Counted from the stretch's first letter, positions 49,639 through 60,462 are shown. The stretch: 64,000 nt of DNA from an uncultured delta proteobacterium (GCA_963712535.1 CAVQIK010000019.1:44791-108790), one strand, 5' to 3'. Numbers and translations: made by a program. The notes: generated from the sequence alone by a model not told the origin.

Positions 49639-49870
49639 CAATGCAAAATGCAAAATTTTGATGACCTGCTTTTCTCCATCTATAGTGAACGACTTAAATA
49701 AGTTGACATGCTGTTGGCCTCTGGTTGACCCGCAAAATCCCCCCTTGCCCCCCTTTGATAAAGGGGGGGTGGGGGGATTTACCGGGATTGCCTAACATGC
49801 AATGTCCACTTTCTTTCGTCGGGCACTATAGAATTAACCTTTTTCATTTTGCAATTTGCATTTTGCATTG
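49639..49870. repeat. Foldback element with a family P singlet core (copy 7), located between iorA and iorB
   Basis: Core AAAATCCCCCCTTGCCCCCCTTTGATAAAGGGGGGGTGGGGGGATTT (49734-49780). Outer arms CAATGCAAAATGCAAAATTTTGATGA and TTCATTTTGCAATTTGCATTTTGCATTG. Inner arms CTATAGTGAACGAC and GTCGGGCACTATAG. Confidence 0.85.
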
Positions 49871-49883
49871 AGAGTGAGGATTC

Positions 49884-50468
49884 ATGGACAATAAGGTCAC
49901 CAACATCTTGCTCGTGGGAGTGGGCGGCCAGGGGATCATCCTGGCCTCGGAAATCATGGCCGACGTTTTCCTCGAAGCCGGTTTCGACGTCAAGAAGAGC
50001 GAAGTCCACGGCATGGCCCAAAGGGGAGGTAGCGTCTCCACCCACGTCCGGTTCGGCCCCAAGGTCTTTTCTCCCCTCATACCCGAGGGAGAGGCGGACA
50101 TCTTCCTGGCCTTCGAGGAACTGGAAGCCCTCCGCTATTTATCTTTCCTGACCCCGAACCCCATCATCCTGCTCAATCAGCAGCGCCTCAACCCGCCCGG
50201 TGTCTCCCTTGGAAATGAAGAATACCCGACCGACGTCGGGGAAATCCTCTCCCGGCGGGCAAAGGAGCTGAGGCGCATCCCGGCGCGGGAGATCGCCGTG
50301 AAAGCGGGCGATGCGCGGGCGGCAAATGTCGTCCTCCTCGGGGCGCTTCAATCCGCCCTTTCCATATCCATTCCCGAAAAAATCTGGACCGAAAACATCC
50401 TGCGCAGGTTTCCCCCGAAGGCAGGTCCTGTGAACCTGGAAGCCTTCCGCTTGGGCAAGAACGCCTGA
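49884..50468 (+). CDS. iorB: Indolepyruvate:ferredoxin oxidoreductase beta subunit
   Basis: 194 aa. NILLVGVGGQGIILAS and HGMAQRGGSV blocks are typical of IorB/gamma-type 2-oxoacid oxidoreductase subunits. Confidence 0.85.
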   Translation: MDNKVTNILLVGVGGQGIILASEIMADVFLEAGFDVKKSEVHGMAQRGGSVSTHVRFGPKVFSPLIPEGEADIFLAFEELEALRYLSFLTPNPIILLNQQRLNPPGVSLGNEEYPTDVGEILSRRAKELRRIPAREIAVKAGDARAANVVLLGALQSALSISIPEKIWTENILRRFPPKAGPVNLEAFRLGKNA

Positions 50469-50494
50469 CGGGATAACTGAAAAAGAGAGCCGGC

Positions 50495-51419
50495 GTGGCT
50501 AAGACCCTGCTGTTGATCCTAGTCCTCCTTTCCTCATCCGGGTGGGCCCTGGGCCAGGAGGGGCGGCCCAGGATCGTTGACGAGAAGCTGCAGATGGACC
50601 TCGCCGACAATTTTTTTCAGGAAGGCGACTACTACCGCGCAATCACCGAGTACAAAGCTTTCCTTTTTTTCTTTCCCCAAAGCCCCCGGGCCGAAGAGGC
50701 GCTCTGGAAGATCGCCAGCTCCTATTTTCGAGGAGGAAGGTGGGACGGCGCCCTCTCGGCCGCCGAGGACCTGCTGAAGAGGTTTCCTTCCTCTTCGTGG
50801 GCCCCCGACGCCCTTCTCCTCATGGGCCGCTGCTTTGCCGAGAAGAAGGACTACTCCCAGGCTCGGGCTTTCTTCCGCCGGGTGCAGGAGAGCGCGCCGG
50901 GAAAGCCCCCCGCCGCCGAGGCCCAGTTCCAGATCGCCCGCACCTACGTATTCGAGGAGCGGTGGAAAGAAGCGGTCGCCGAGTTCGAGAAAGTGGACCC
51001 GACGAGCAAGCTGTACCCGAAGGCCGAGATCTACGCCCGGGGACTGGAGCGGATCGACGAGCTTCCCCGGAAATCACCCGTCGGCGGCCGGGATCCTCGC
51101 GGCGATCATCCCTGGAAGCGGGCACCTTTACAGCGAGCGCTACCGGGACGCGGCCATTGCCTTTGCGCTGAACGGCGCCTTTATCTGGGGAATGGTGGAA
51201 GCTTTTGAGGATAAGAACTATGTAGTGGGTGGAATCTTGACCTTTTTTGAACTCGGATGGTATAGTGGCAATATTTACAGCGCCGTGTCCGGGGCCCATA
51301 AATACAACCGAAGCCGGATAAGGGAATACCTCGATCGGCTGGAGAAGGAAGGGAGCTTTTCCGCGGGAATTTCCTTCCGGGGGAAATACCCGGTCATCGC
51401 TCTGCGGTATGATTTTTAG
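50495..51419 (+). pseudogene. Secreted TPR-repeat protein with a C-terminal membrane domain, one frame change
   Basis: GTG 50495. Signal peptide plus TPR region (ORF 50495..51208) continues in the ORF 50835..51419 frame as ...PRKSP|AAGILAAIIPGSGHLYSERYRDAAIAFALNGAFIWG.... The shift is near 51085. Confidence 0.55.
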
Positions 51420-51477
51420 AAGCCTTGTAACTGTTTAGCGCCTCTGAAAAGAGTTCCAAATTTGCCAGAAACCCTGA

Positions 51478-51556
51478 GAAATCCCCCTAATCCCCCTTTT
51501 TCAAAGGGGGAAACTCTATCTCCTCCCTTTGGAAAAGGGAGGTTGGGAGGGATTTC
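51478..51556. repeat. Family P C/G-tract palindrome, doublet (copy 8)
   Basis: GAAATCCCCCTAATCCCCCTTTTTCAAAGGGGG...CTCCTCCCTTTGGAAAAGGGAGGTTGGGAGGGATTTC. Confidence 0.85.
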
Positions 51557-51596
51557 TGGGAACGCTTTTCAAAATATTAAACTGATACCAAGCATT

Positions 51597-51999
51597 TTGT
51601 TTCTATCCTTAGTGGCCGTCCTAGTCCTTCAGGCCGCCGGTTCCGGTGCTGAGGCCCGGTGGGAAGAGCCCTGGGGGAAAAAGGGGTCCGCCGGAGTCCC
51701 GGGCCAAGTAGCGGCGCAACCGCCTTCTGCCGGCCAAAAAGCGGCCGGGGGGCTCATCGGGATTTTCCAGGGAATACATCAGCCCGGTGGACGGGGACCG
51801 CTGCCCCATGTACCCGACCTGCTCCCAGTACAGCCTCGAAGCCATCCGGAAGCACGGGGTCGCCATTGGATTCGTGATGACCTTCGACCGCCTGATGCAC
51901 GAATCCGATGAAATCCGCAGGGCCCCCCAGGTGAAGATTTACGACTCCTACCGGTATTACGACCCGGTGGAGAACAACGATTTCTGGTGGAATAAATGA
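51597..51999 (+). pseudogene. YidD-family (membrane protein insertion efficiency factor-like) domain protein with an N-terminal signal/extension, one frame change
   Basis: Conserved IFQEYISPVDGDRCPMYPTCSQYSLEAIRKHG is obtained only by dropping one G from GGG 51770-51772. The N-terminal part (from TTG 51597, MFLSLVAVLVLQAAG) lies in the ORF 51462 frame. The start is uncertain. Confidence 0.5.
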
Positions 52000-52044
52000 T
52001 GCAGGGCGGTTGTGAACCGCCCCTGTCAATCCGGAGGATTTTTT

Positions 52045-53346
52045 ATGATCTGGGACGAGGAATTCGAAACCCTGCCGCGGGAAGCCCTGGAGGCCCTCCA
52101 GCTGAAGCGCCTGGTCGCCACGGCGGAGAGGGTCTATGCGACCGTTCCTTTCTACAAGAAGAAGTTCGATGAATCCGGGGTGAAACCATCGGACATCAAA
52201 TCCCTGAAAGACCTGCGGCGCCTGCCTTTTACCACAAAATCGACCTGCGGGACAACTACCCCTTCGGCCTTTTCGCCGTGCCCATGGAACAGGTGGTGCG
52301 CATCCATGCCTCTTCGGGGACGACCGGCAAACCGACCGTGGTCGGCTATACCCGCCGGGATATCAACACCTGGGCGGAGCTGATGGCCCGCTCTCTGTCG
52401 GCCGCCGGGGCCCAGAAGACCGACATCATCCACAACGCCTACGGATACGGCCTTTTCACCGGCGGGCTGGGGGTCCACTACGGGGCGGAGAAGCTCGGTG
52501 CTTCGGTCATCCCCATTTCCGGCGGCAACAGCAAGCGCCAGATCATCATCATGCAGGATTTCGGGTCCACCGTCTTGACCTGCACGCCTTCCTACGCCCT
52601 TTTCCTGGCCGAGACCGCCGTGGAGATGGGCATCGACTTCAAGAAACTGAAGCTGCGGGTGGGGATCTTCGGGGCCGAACCCTGGTCCGAAAAGATGCGG
52701 GACGAGATTGAGCGAAAGCTGAACATCCAGGCCATCGACATTTACGGGTTGAGCGAGGTCATCGGGCCCGGGAGTGAGCATCGAGTGCATCGAGGCCAAG
52801 CGGGGCCTTCACATCTTCGAGGACCATTTCATCCCCGAGATCATCAACCCGCAGACCGGCGAAGTCCTCCCCTACGGGGAGAAAGGGGAACTGGTCTTTA
52901 CCACCATCACCAAGGAAGCCTTTCCCCTGATCCGCTACCGGACCCGGGACATCTCGGTTCTCTATCCCGAGCCCTGCAAATGCGGGCGGACCCACGTGCG
53001 CATGGAGCGGGTGAGCGGGCGCAGCGACGACATGCTGATCATCCGCGGGGTCAATGTCTTCCCCTCCCAGATCGAAAGCGTGCTGATGAACATCGAAGGG
53101 GTGGAGCCCCATTATCTCCTGATCGTGGACCGGCAGGGGAACCTGGACACCCTGGACGTGCAGGTGGAAGTTAACGAGAAGGTTTTTTCGGACGAGGTGA
53201 AGAATCTCCAGTCCCTGGGCCGAAGGATCGAAAAGGAGATCAAGGATCTTCTGGGGGTGAATGCCGGCGTGAAGCTGGTGGAGCCCAAGACCATCCAGAG
53301 GAGCGAAGGGAAGGCCCAGAGGGTCATCGATAAAAGAAAGATCTGA
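52045..53346 (+). pseudogene. paaK: Phenylacetate-CoA ligase family (AMP-forming aryl/acyl-CoA ligase), two compensating frame changes
   Basis: [23 protein letters not shown]..., [30 protein letters not shown]. Shifts near 52242 and at GGG 52770-52772. Colinear with the second copy at 59162..60462. Confidence 0.85.
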
Positions 53347-53384
53347 GTGATGAGAGTCAATTAACTCCAAGATTGCCAATTTTT

Positions 53385-53458
53385 CCGTCATTCCGGCGAA
53401 TGCCGGAATCTCAGTTCATTGAAATAATCCTGGACTCCTGCTTTCGCAAGAGTGACGG
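53385..53458 (-). repeat. Small GC-hairpin repeat (family D, copy 2)
   Basis: CGTCATTCCGGCGAATGCCGGAATC...CCTGGACTCCTGCTTTCGCAAGAGTGACGG. This is the reverse complement of the 32867-32968 element. Confidence 0.65.
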
Positions 53459-53472
53459 CGATGGAGGGAACC

Positions 53473-53905
53473 ATGAAAGTTGAACAGATTTCCGTATTTC
53501 TGGAAAACAAGCCCGGGGCGCTTGGCCGAGGTCACCCGCATCCTGGGAGAGGCGGGGGTCAACATCCGCGCCCTCTCCCTGGCGGACACGAAGGATTTCG
53601 GCATCCTGCGCCTGATCGTGAACGACAACGAAAAAGCCAGGTCGGTCCTGGGGCCGAAGGGCTTTACCGTGCGCAAGACCGAGGTGGTCGCGGTGGAGGT
53701 CCCCGACCGGCCCGGGGGGCTGGCGGACATCCTGAAGGTCCTTTCCGAAGCCGGGGTCAACGTGGAGTACCTGTACGCCTTCGTCCAGCAGAGCGGGGAG
53801 AATGCCATCATCATTTTCCGCTTCGATGAGACCGACCGGGCCATCTCCGTCCTCTCGCAGAACAAGGTGCGGATTCTGGAAGGGAAGAAAGTCTACACCC
53901 TGTAG
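53473..53905 (+). pseudogene. ACT domain protein (two ACT repeats), one frame change
   Basis: MKVEQISVFLENKPGAL|AEVTRILGEAGVNIRALSLAD..., with the shift at TT 53522-53523. The second repeat is VVAVEVPDRPGGLADILKVLSEAGVNVEYLY. Confidence 0.7.
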
Positions 53906-53919
53906 ATTTCTGGCATGGT

Positions 53920-53972
53920 GGGGGCGAGGTGACCTCGCCCCTACGAATTCTTACCGGGCGAGATAACCTCGC
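53920..53972. repeat. GTAGGGGC-type hairpin repeat (family E, copy 3)
   Basis: GGGGCGAGGTGACCTCGCCCCTAC followed by GGGCGAGATAACCTCGCC. Starts 15 nt after the ACT gene stop codon. Confidence 0.6.
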
Positions 53973-53995
53973 CACACTACGATTAGGAGGATGTT

Positions 53996-55207
53996 ATGCT
54001 GAAAAAATTCGGTATCGTTATTTCACTTTTCACCGTTGACTTTGTCAGGAGGATTTCTCTCCGCTGAATCGCGGCCGAAAAGGCGCCCTATTCGGTGGGG
54101 GCTGTCTTCAGCGTGACCGGGGGCGCCTCCTTCCTGGGGGAGCCCGAGCGCAACACGGTGAAGATGGTCGAGGAATGGGTCAACGCGGCCGGCGGAATCC
54201 AGGGACATCCGCTGAAGGTCATCGTCGAAGACACCAAGAGCGATGAAGGCCAGGCGGTCCTGGCCGTCCGGAAGCTCCTGGAAAAGGATAAAGTCATGGC
54301 CATCGTCGGCCCCTCCACGACCGGCGAAAGCATGGCCGTGGTGCCCATCATGGAAAAGGCCCAGACCCCGCTGATCTCCTGCGCCGCGGCCCTTTCCATC
54401 GTCACCCCGAAAGAAGAACTGGACCGTATCCTGATCCTCAAGACATTTGAGATGCCGAAGAAACAGAACAAATGGATCTTCAAGACCGCCCAGACCGACA
54501 CCTCCGCCGTCGAAGCCATCTACGACCATATGAAGAAGAAAGGGATCTCCAAGGTGGCGATCATCACGGTGACGGCCGGTTTCGGGGACTTCGGCCGCCA
54601 GGAGCTGAAGCGGGTGGCCCCCGTCTACGGAATTTCCATCGTGGCGGATGAGCGTTACGGGCCGAAGGATTCGGACATGACCGCTCAATTGACCAAGATC
54701 AAGGGGACGGACGCCCAGGCGCTGGTCAACTGGTCGGTAGGCCCGCCCCAGGTCATCGTCACCAAGAACTGGAAGCAGCTGGACATGAAGATTCCCCTGT
54801 ACCAGAGCCACGGCTTTGGGTCCAAGAGGAACATCGAGCTGGCCGGGGGGGCGGCGGAGGGGGTCCTCTGCCCCTTGGGCCGGCTGGTGGTGGCCGAAAA
54901 GGTCAAGGCGGACAACCCGCAGAAACCGGTCATCATGAAATACAAGACCGAGTATGAAAAACGATTCAAGACCGACGTAAGCACTTTCGGCGGGTATGCC
55001 TACGACGCCATCTACATGGTGGTCGACGCCCTGAAAGCGGTGGGCGCGGACAAGGCCAAAATCCGTGATTACCTGGAGACCAAGATCAGGAACTGGCCGG
55101 GAACCGGCGGGGTTTTCAACATGTCCCCTGAGGACCACACCGGATTGAACAAAGACGCCTTTGTCATGATCGTCGTGAAAAATAATGACTGGACTTTCGC
55201 GGACTGA
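53996..55207 (+). pseudogene. ABC transporter substrate-binding protein (LIV-binding family), set 4, disrupted within the signal peptide
   Basis: ATG 53996 (AGGAGG upstream) and the mature domain (ORF 54095..55207, APYSVGAVFSVTGGASFLGEPE) are in the same frame but separated by TGA at 54065-54067. An alternative frame between them reads LTLSGGFLSAES. Confidence 0.7.
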
Positions 55208-55665
55208 TGGATATAATGGGTTAAATTCGAACGCAGAACGGCAAAAGATGAAAAACGCCGATGTCCAAATCACCCTACCGCTGGATGCTTTCCGTCTTTC
55301 CGGACCGGCGAAGAATCCCGGAGATCTGCGTCTTTCCTTTTACGGCTACTATTACTTTTAAAGAGCGCTGCGGGCCTTCATTTCTTTTCCCCTTGAAGGC
55401 CTTAAGCGCTCTTTGTTTATTCAATGGTCGCCAGGCGCGAGCGCGCAAGGGGTAAACGGGATTGTTATCACGCCCTAGTTATTCGGAGCTCCGAATGGGC
55501 TTCCGGCGCCCCCTCACCCTCCCCCTCCCGAGACGGGGGAGAGGGCCGGGGTGAGGGGAAGTTTCGGAGGCTGACTTAATAAGGACTCTATAGCAGAACA
55601 ACGACGCGCGCCCTTTTGTTTTTCGCCCTTGCGCCCTCGCGCCTTGCGACTTGGGATTGTTGATT

Positions 55666-56562
55666 ATGACTTTCGCCAGCCAACTCATCCAATATCTCTT
55701 CACCGGGCTCACCCTGGGGAGCATCTACGCCCTGGTCGCTCTCGGGTTTACCATGATCTACAACGCCACGGGGATCATCAACCTGGCCCAGGGTGAGTTT
55801 GTCATGCTGGGCGGACTGATCATGGTCTTCTTGACAGCGGTGGCTGAAAATTCCGCTGTTCCTCGGGTTCGGCCTTACCATCCTGCTCGTCACGCTTGTG
55901 GGGGCCATTTTCGAACGTCTGGCCATCCATCCCCTTAGGAACGCCTCCCTGATCACCCTCATCATCATCACCCTGGCCGGCTCTATTCTTTTCCGGGGAG
56001 GGGCCATGTTCGTCTGGGGAAAAGACCCGTACGCTCTTCCTCCCTTCAGCCGGGGCCGGGCCGTTCACATCCTGGGAGCTACGATCCAGCCCCAGATTTT
56101 CTGGATCCTGGCCATCACCGTCCTGGTCGTGATCGGGGTCCATTTCTTTTTCAGTCGGACGCTGACGGGCAAGGCCATGACCGCCTGCGCCTTCAACCCT
56201 GGTTGCCGCCCGCCTGGTCGGGATCAATGTCCAGAAGATGATCCTGCTCTCCTTCGCGCTTGAGCGCCGCCGTGGGAGCCGTTGCCGGCGCCATCATCAC
56301 CCCCATCACCCTCATGGAATATGACCGGGGGCCCCTTCTGGGCCTGAAGGGGTTTGCGGCCGCGGTGCTCGGAGGTTTGGGGAGCGGCATTGGTTCGGTC
56401 GTCGCCGGGTTCATCATCGGGATCCTGGAATCCTTCGGAGCCGGTCTGATCTCGTCGGGCTACAAGGATGCCATCGCCCTGCTGGTCATGCTGGTGATCC
56501 TCTGGGTGAAACCGAGCGGCCTTTTCGGAAGCAAAGAGGAGAGCGAGTTGAAAAAATTTTGA
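55666..56562 (+). pseudogene. ABC transporter permease (LivH family), set 4, frame-disrupted
   Basis: MTFASQLIQYLFTGLTLGSIYALVALGFTMIYNATG... About 3 frame changes (near 55838, 56201, 56252), read from fragments 55651.., 55898.., 56260... Confidence 0.75.
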
Positions 56563-56690
56563 CTGTAGGGACACGCTGCAGGTTACGTCGTGAGGATCCA
56601 GGCACGTAGGGGCGGAGTTACTCGCTACATGCCAGCTGACCGATCGCGCGCTCGTAACCAGGAACGAGCAACCAGCAACAAACTCGGGGT

Positions 56691-57636
56691 ATGAAGAAGA
56701 AGGATCTCTACACTATTGTCGCATTGCTGCGGTCATCGCTGCTTTTCCCCGGCTGGGCGGGGGAAACGATTACTTCTTCAGCCTCCTCGTCTTCATGGGC
56801 ATCAACGCCATGATTACCATGGGGCTGAGCCTCCTCATGGGGTACGCCGGGCAGATTTCTCTCGGCCATGCCGCTTTCTTCGGACTGGGAGCCTATTCTT
56901 CCGGAGTTCTGACCGTCAAATACGGCGTTTCATCCGCTGGCCGCTTTCGGTGCCGGGATCTTCCTTTCGGCCCTGATGGCCTTCCTCGTGGGCAAGCCGA
57001 CCCTGCGCCTGAAGGGCCACTACATGGCGGTGGCGACCCTGGGGTTCGGCGAAATCCTCTTCATCGTCTTCAACGAACTATCCCCCCTGACCGGGGGTCC
57101 TTCCGGCCTCTCGGGCATCCCTTCCTTGACCTTTGGGGGGGCCGCACTCGACGGGCAGCCTGTATCTTTACCTCGTTTGGGCCTTCGTGTTTCTCCTTCT
57201 TCTCTTTTCCCTGAACGTGATCAACTCCCGGGTGGGCCGGGCCCTGCGGGCCGTGCACGGGAGCGAGCTGGCGGCCGGAGCCATGGGGGTAGACGCGGCC
57301 CGGTACAAGCTGGGCGTTTTCGTCCTGAGCGCCGTTTACGCCTCCATGGCCGGCAGCCTGTACGCCCATTTCGTCACCTTCATCAGCCCCAGCTCTTTCA
57401 GCCTGATGTTCTCCATCCTGCTTCTCATGATGGTGGTGGTCGGGGGCACCGAAACGATCTGGGGGGCTCTCCTGGGGGCGGCCGTTCTTACCCTTCTGCC
57501 CGAATACCTTCGGGGCCTGGAAGATTTCGAAGTGCTGGCTTACGGGGCCATTCTCATGGCCGTCCTCCTCTTCATGCCCAGGGGGATTCTGGTGGGGCTG
57601 CGCGGGATCTTCGAAAAGAAAGAAAAGGCGAAATGA
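56691..57636 (+). pseudogene. ABC transporter permease (LivM family), set 4, frame-disrupted
   Basis: Conserved pieces lie in four frames: MKKKDLYTIVALL, MGINAMITMGLSLLMGYAGQISLGHAAFFGLGAY, FLVGKPTLRLKGHYMAVATLGFGEI and LYLYLVWAFVFLL...GILVGLRGIFEKKEKAK*. Confidence 0.75.
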
Positions 57637-58416
57637 CGGGAGAGGAAATCCTCAACCGTTCGGGACCTGCAAAAATCTTTCGGCGGCCTCACGGCCATCG
57701 ATTCCCTGAGTTTCGCCGTGTCGGCGGGGCAGATCAAATCCATCATCGGGCCGAACGGGGCGGGGAAGACGACCCTCTTCAACCTGATTACCGGGGTCTT
57801 TCCGCCCACCGGAGGGAATTTTCAGTTTGCTGGAAAATTCCTGAACGGGCTCAAGCCCCATGCGATCGCCCGGCTGGGGATTTCCCGCACCTTCCAGAAC
57901 CTGGAGCTTTTCCCGAACATGAGCGTCCTGGAAAATGTCATGCTCGGCAGGCACGCCCGAACTTCGGCGGGTATTTTCCAGGCGGGCTTTCGCCTGCCGG
58001 CGATGCGGCGCGAGGAGCGGAGAATCCAGGAGAAGGCCATGGAGGAGCTCCGGTTTCATGGAACTGGAGGACAGGGCGCGGCTGGGCGCCGGCTCTTTAC
58101 CCCTGGGGGAGCAGAAACTCCTGGAGATCGCCCGGGCCCTGGCCACGCCAGCCCAGGCTCCTGCTGCTGGACGAGCCCGCTGCCGGGCTGAACATCCGGG
58201 AGACGGAGAAGCTCTCCGAGACGATCCTGCGCATCCGGGAGAGAGGGATCACGGTCATGCTGGTGGAGCATGACATGAGCCTGGTGATGGGGATCTCCGA
58301 CGAAGTGCTGGTCCTCAACTACGGGAAGAAGATCGCCGAGGGCGTTCCCCGGGAGATCCAGCGGAACCGCGGAGGTCATCGCCGCTTACCTGGGGGAGGA
58401 GGACGGACGATGCTTA
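57633..58416 (+). pseudogene. ABC transporter ATP-binding protein (LivG family), set 4, frame-disrupted
   Basis: MTGEEIL, then GPNGAGKTTLFN (ORF 57718..), MELEDRARLGAGSLPLGEQKLLEIARALA, LLLLDEPAAGLN...VEHDM... and AAYLGEE in different frames. The 3' end is approximate. Confidence 0.7.
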
Positions 58417-59148
58417 GGGTGGAGAGCGTCAGCGCCTTCTACGGCGCCATCCAGGCCCTGCGGAATGTCTCCCTCCACGTCAGCCCCGGCGGAGATGGTC
58501 ACCCTTCTGGGGGCCAACGGGGCGGGGAAAACGACGCTCATGAAGATCATTTCCGGAATCCACCCCGCCTCCAAGGGAAGACTCTGGTTCAGCGGCCGGA
58601 ATATCTCGGGCCTGCCGGCGGAACGGATCCTGCGGCTGGGAGTCGGTCAGGTTCCCGAAGGCCGGCAGATCTTCGCCCCGCTCAGCGTCCTGGACAATCT
58701 CGTCCTCGGGGCCTATGTGCGCTTCAAGGGGGAAGGAAAGAAGGAGATCTTTCGAGGACCTGGATTCGATCTTCGACCTTTTTCCCGTTTTGCGGGAAAG
58801 GCAGAAACAGCGCGCCGGAACGCTCTCGGGGGGAGAGCAGCAGATGGTGGCGATCGGCCGGACCCTGATGTCCAGGCCCAAGCTCCTTCTCCTCGATGAG
58901 CCTTCCCTGGGCCTCGCCCCCATCGTGGTGAACGGGATCTTCAAAGCGATCCGCGTGCTCCGCACCCGAGGCACGACCATTCTTCTGGTCGAACAGAATG
59001 CCAAGGCGGCTCTGAAGGTGGCGGACCGGGGCTTACGTCCTCGAGACCGGGACGGATCATCCTGGAGGGGGAGACCGAGGACCTGTTGAACAACAAAGAA
59101 GTCCAGCGTGCCTACCTGGGCAAGGAGTACCGGGAGGTATGGGAGTGA
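58410..59148 (+). pseudogene. ABC transporter ATP-binding protein (LivF family), set 4, frame-disrupted
   Basis: MLRVESVSAFYGAIQALRNVSLHVSPG | EMVTLLGANGAGKTTL... | [31 protein letters not shown]... | [29 protein letters not shown]. Three frame changes. Confidence 0.75.
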
Positions 59149-59161
59149 AGGGAGGCCGAAA

Positions 59162-60462
59162 ATGATCTGGGACCGCCGGAATGAATGTATGGGCCGGGAG
59201 GAGATCGAGCAGCTCCAGCTGGAGCGGCTCCAGTCCACGCTGAACCGGGTTTACCGGAACGTGTCCTTCTACAAGAAAAGATTTGACCGCCTGAAGATCC
59301 TCCCGGACGAAATCCAGACCCTGCAGGATCTGGCCCAGTTCCCCCTGACCGCCAAGGAGGACCTGCGGGAGAGTTACCCCTACGGCATGTTTGCCCTCCC
59401 GCTGCGGGAGGTGGTCCGGATTCACTCTTCTTCGGGGGTGACGGGGAAACCCACGGTTACGGGCTACACGAAGAATGACCTCCATCACTGGAGCCAGCTC
59501 ACGGCCCGGGTCCTCACGGCCGGGGGCGTGACGAAGGACGACGTGGTGCAGATCACTTTCAAATACGGCCTTTTCACCGGCGCTTTCGGCCTGCACCAGG
59601 GGGCCGAGCTCATCGGCGCCTCGGTCATTCCCATGTCCACGGGCAACACCCGCAAGCAGGTCCTGATCATGCAGGATTACAAAACCACCGCCCTGGTCAG
59701 CACCCCTTCCTATGCCCTGCTCCTGGCCCGCTACATGGAAAAAGAAGGGATCGACCCCAAATCCCTATCGCTGAAACTGGGACTCTTCGGCGCGGAGCCG
59801 TGCCCGGAATCGATGCGCAGGGAGATCGAAGAGCGCCTCTTCATCAGCGCCACGGATAATTACGGCGTGAGCGAAGTCATGGGCCCGGGGGTATCGGCGG
59901 AATGTGAACACAAGAACGGCCTTCACCTGTACGAGGACCATTTCATCCCGGAGATCATCGACCCCCAGACTCTCAAAGTGCTCCCCACCGGGGCGGAAGG
60001 GGAGCTCGTCCTGACCACTCTGACCAAAGAAGCTTTTCCCCTGGTCCGCTACCGGACCCGGGATATCACCTCCCTGGACTATTCTCCCTGCCCCTGCGGC
60101 CGAACGCTGGTGCGGATGAAAAAGGTGCTGGGGCGGAGCGACGACATCATTGTCATCAAGGGGATCAAGGTTTTTCCCTCCCAGGTGGAGTCCATCCTCA
60201 TGGAGATGGAGGGGGTGGAGCCGCGGTACCAGATTATCGCCGACCGGGTCGAGGGGGTGGATACCCTGGAAGTGAAGGTGGAGGTTAACGAAAGCGTTTT
60301 TTCCGACGAGATCAAGAACCTGCAGAATATCGGGTCCCGAGATCGAACGGAAACTGCGGGAGATCGTCGGGGTCAGCGCCAAGGTGAAACTGGTCGCCCC
60401 GGAGAGCCTGCATCCGAAAAACGGCAAAGCTCCAGAAGGTGATCGACCGGAGGAAAAACTGA
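59162..60462 (+). pseudogene. paaK: Phenylacetate-CoA ligase family, second copy, frame-disrupted in the last ~40 codons
   Basis: In frame from MIWDRRNECMGREEIEQLQLERL through ...SDEIKNLQNIG. The tail EIERKLREIVGVSAKVKLVAPESL...KVIDRRKN* needs two further frame changes. Confidence 0.8.

Noticed and set aside
54065-54067. In-frame TGA as selenocysteine or programmed read-through
   Set aside because: The codon lies in a signal-peptide region where Sec has no plausible role. I saw no obvious SECIS-like hairpin immediately downstream. The surrounding block is full of simple indel-type disruptions, so a compensated indel pair or plain nonsense mutation is more likely.
56976-58868. 630-aa plus-strand ORF as a large novel protein
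   Set aside because: It is a mosaic. Short stretches are in frame with livM-like (FLVGKPTLRLKGHYMAVATLGFGEI), livG-like (LLLLDEPAAGLN...VEHDM) and livF-like (MLRVESVSAFYG) sequence, and they are linked by Arg/Gly/Pro-rich out-of-frame read-through. It is an artefact of the frame disruptions.
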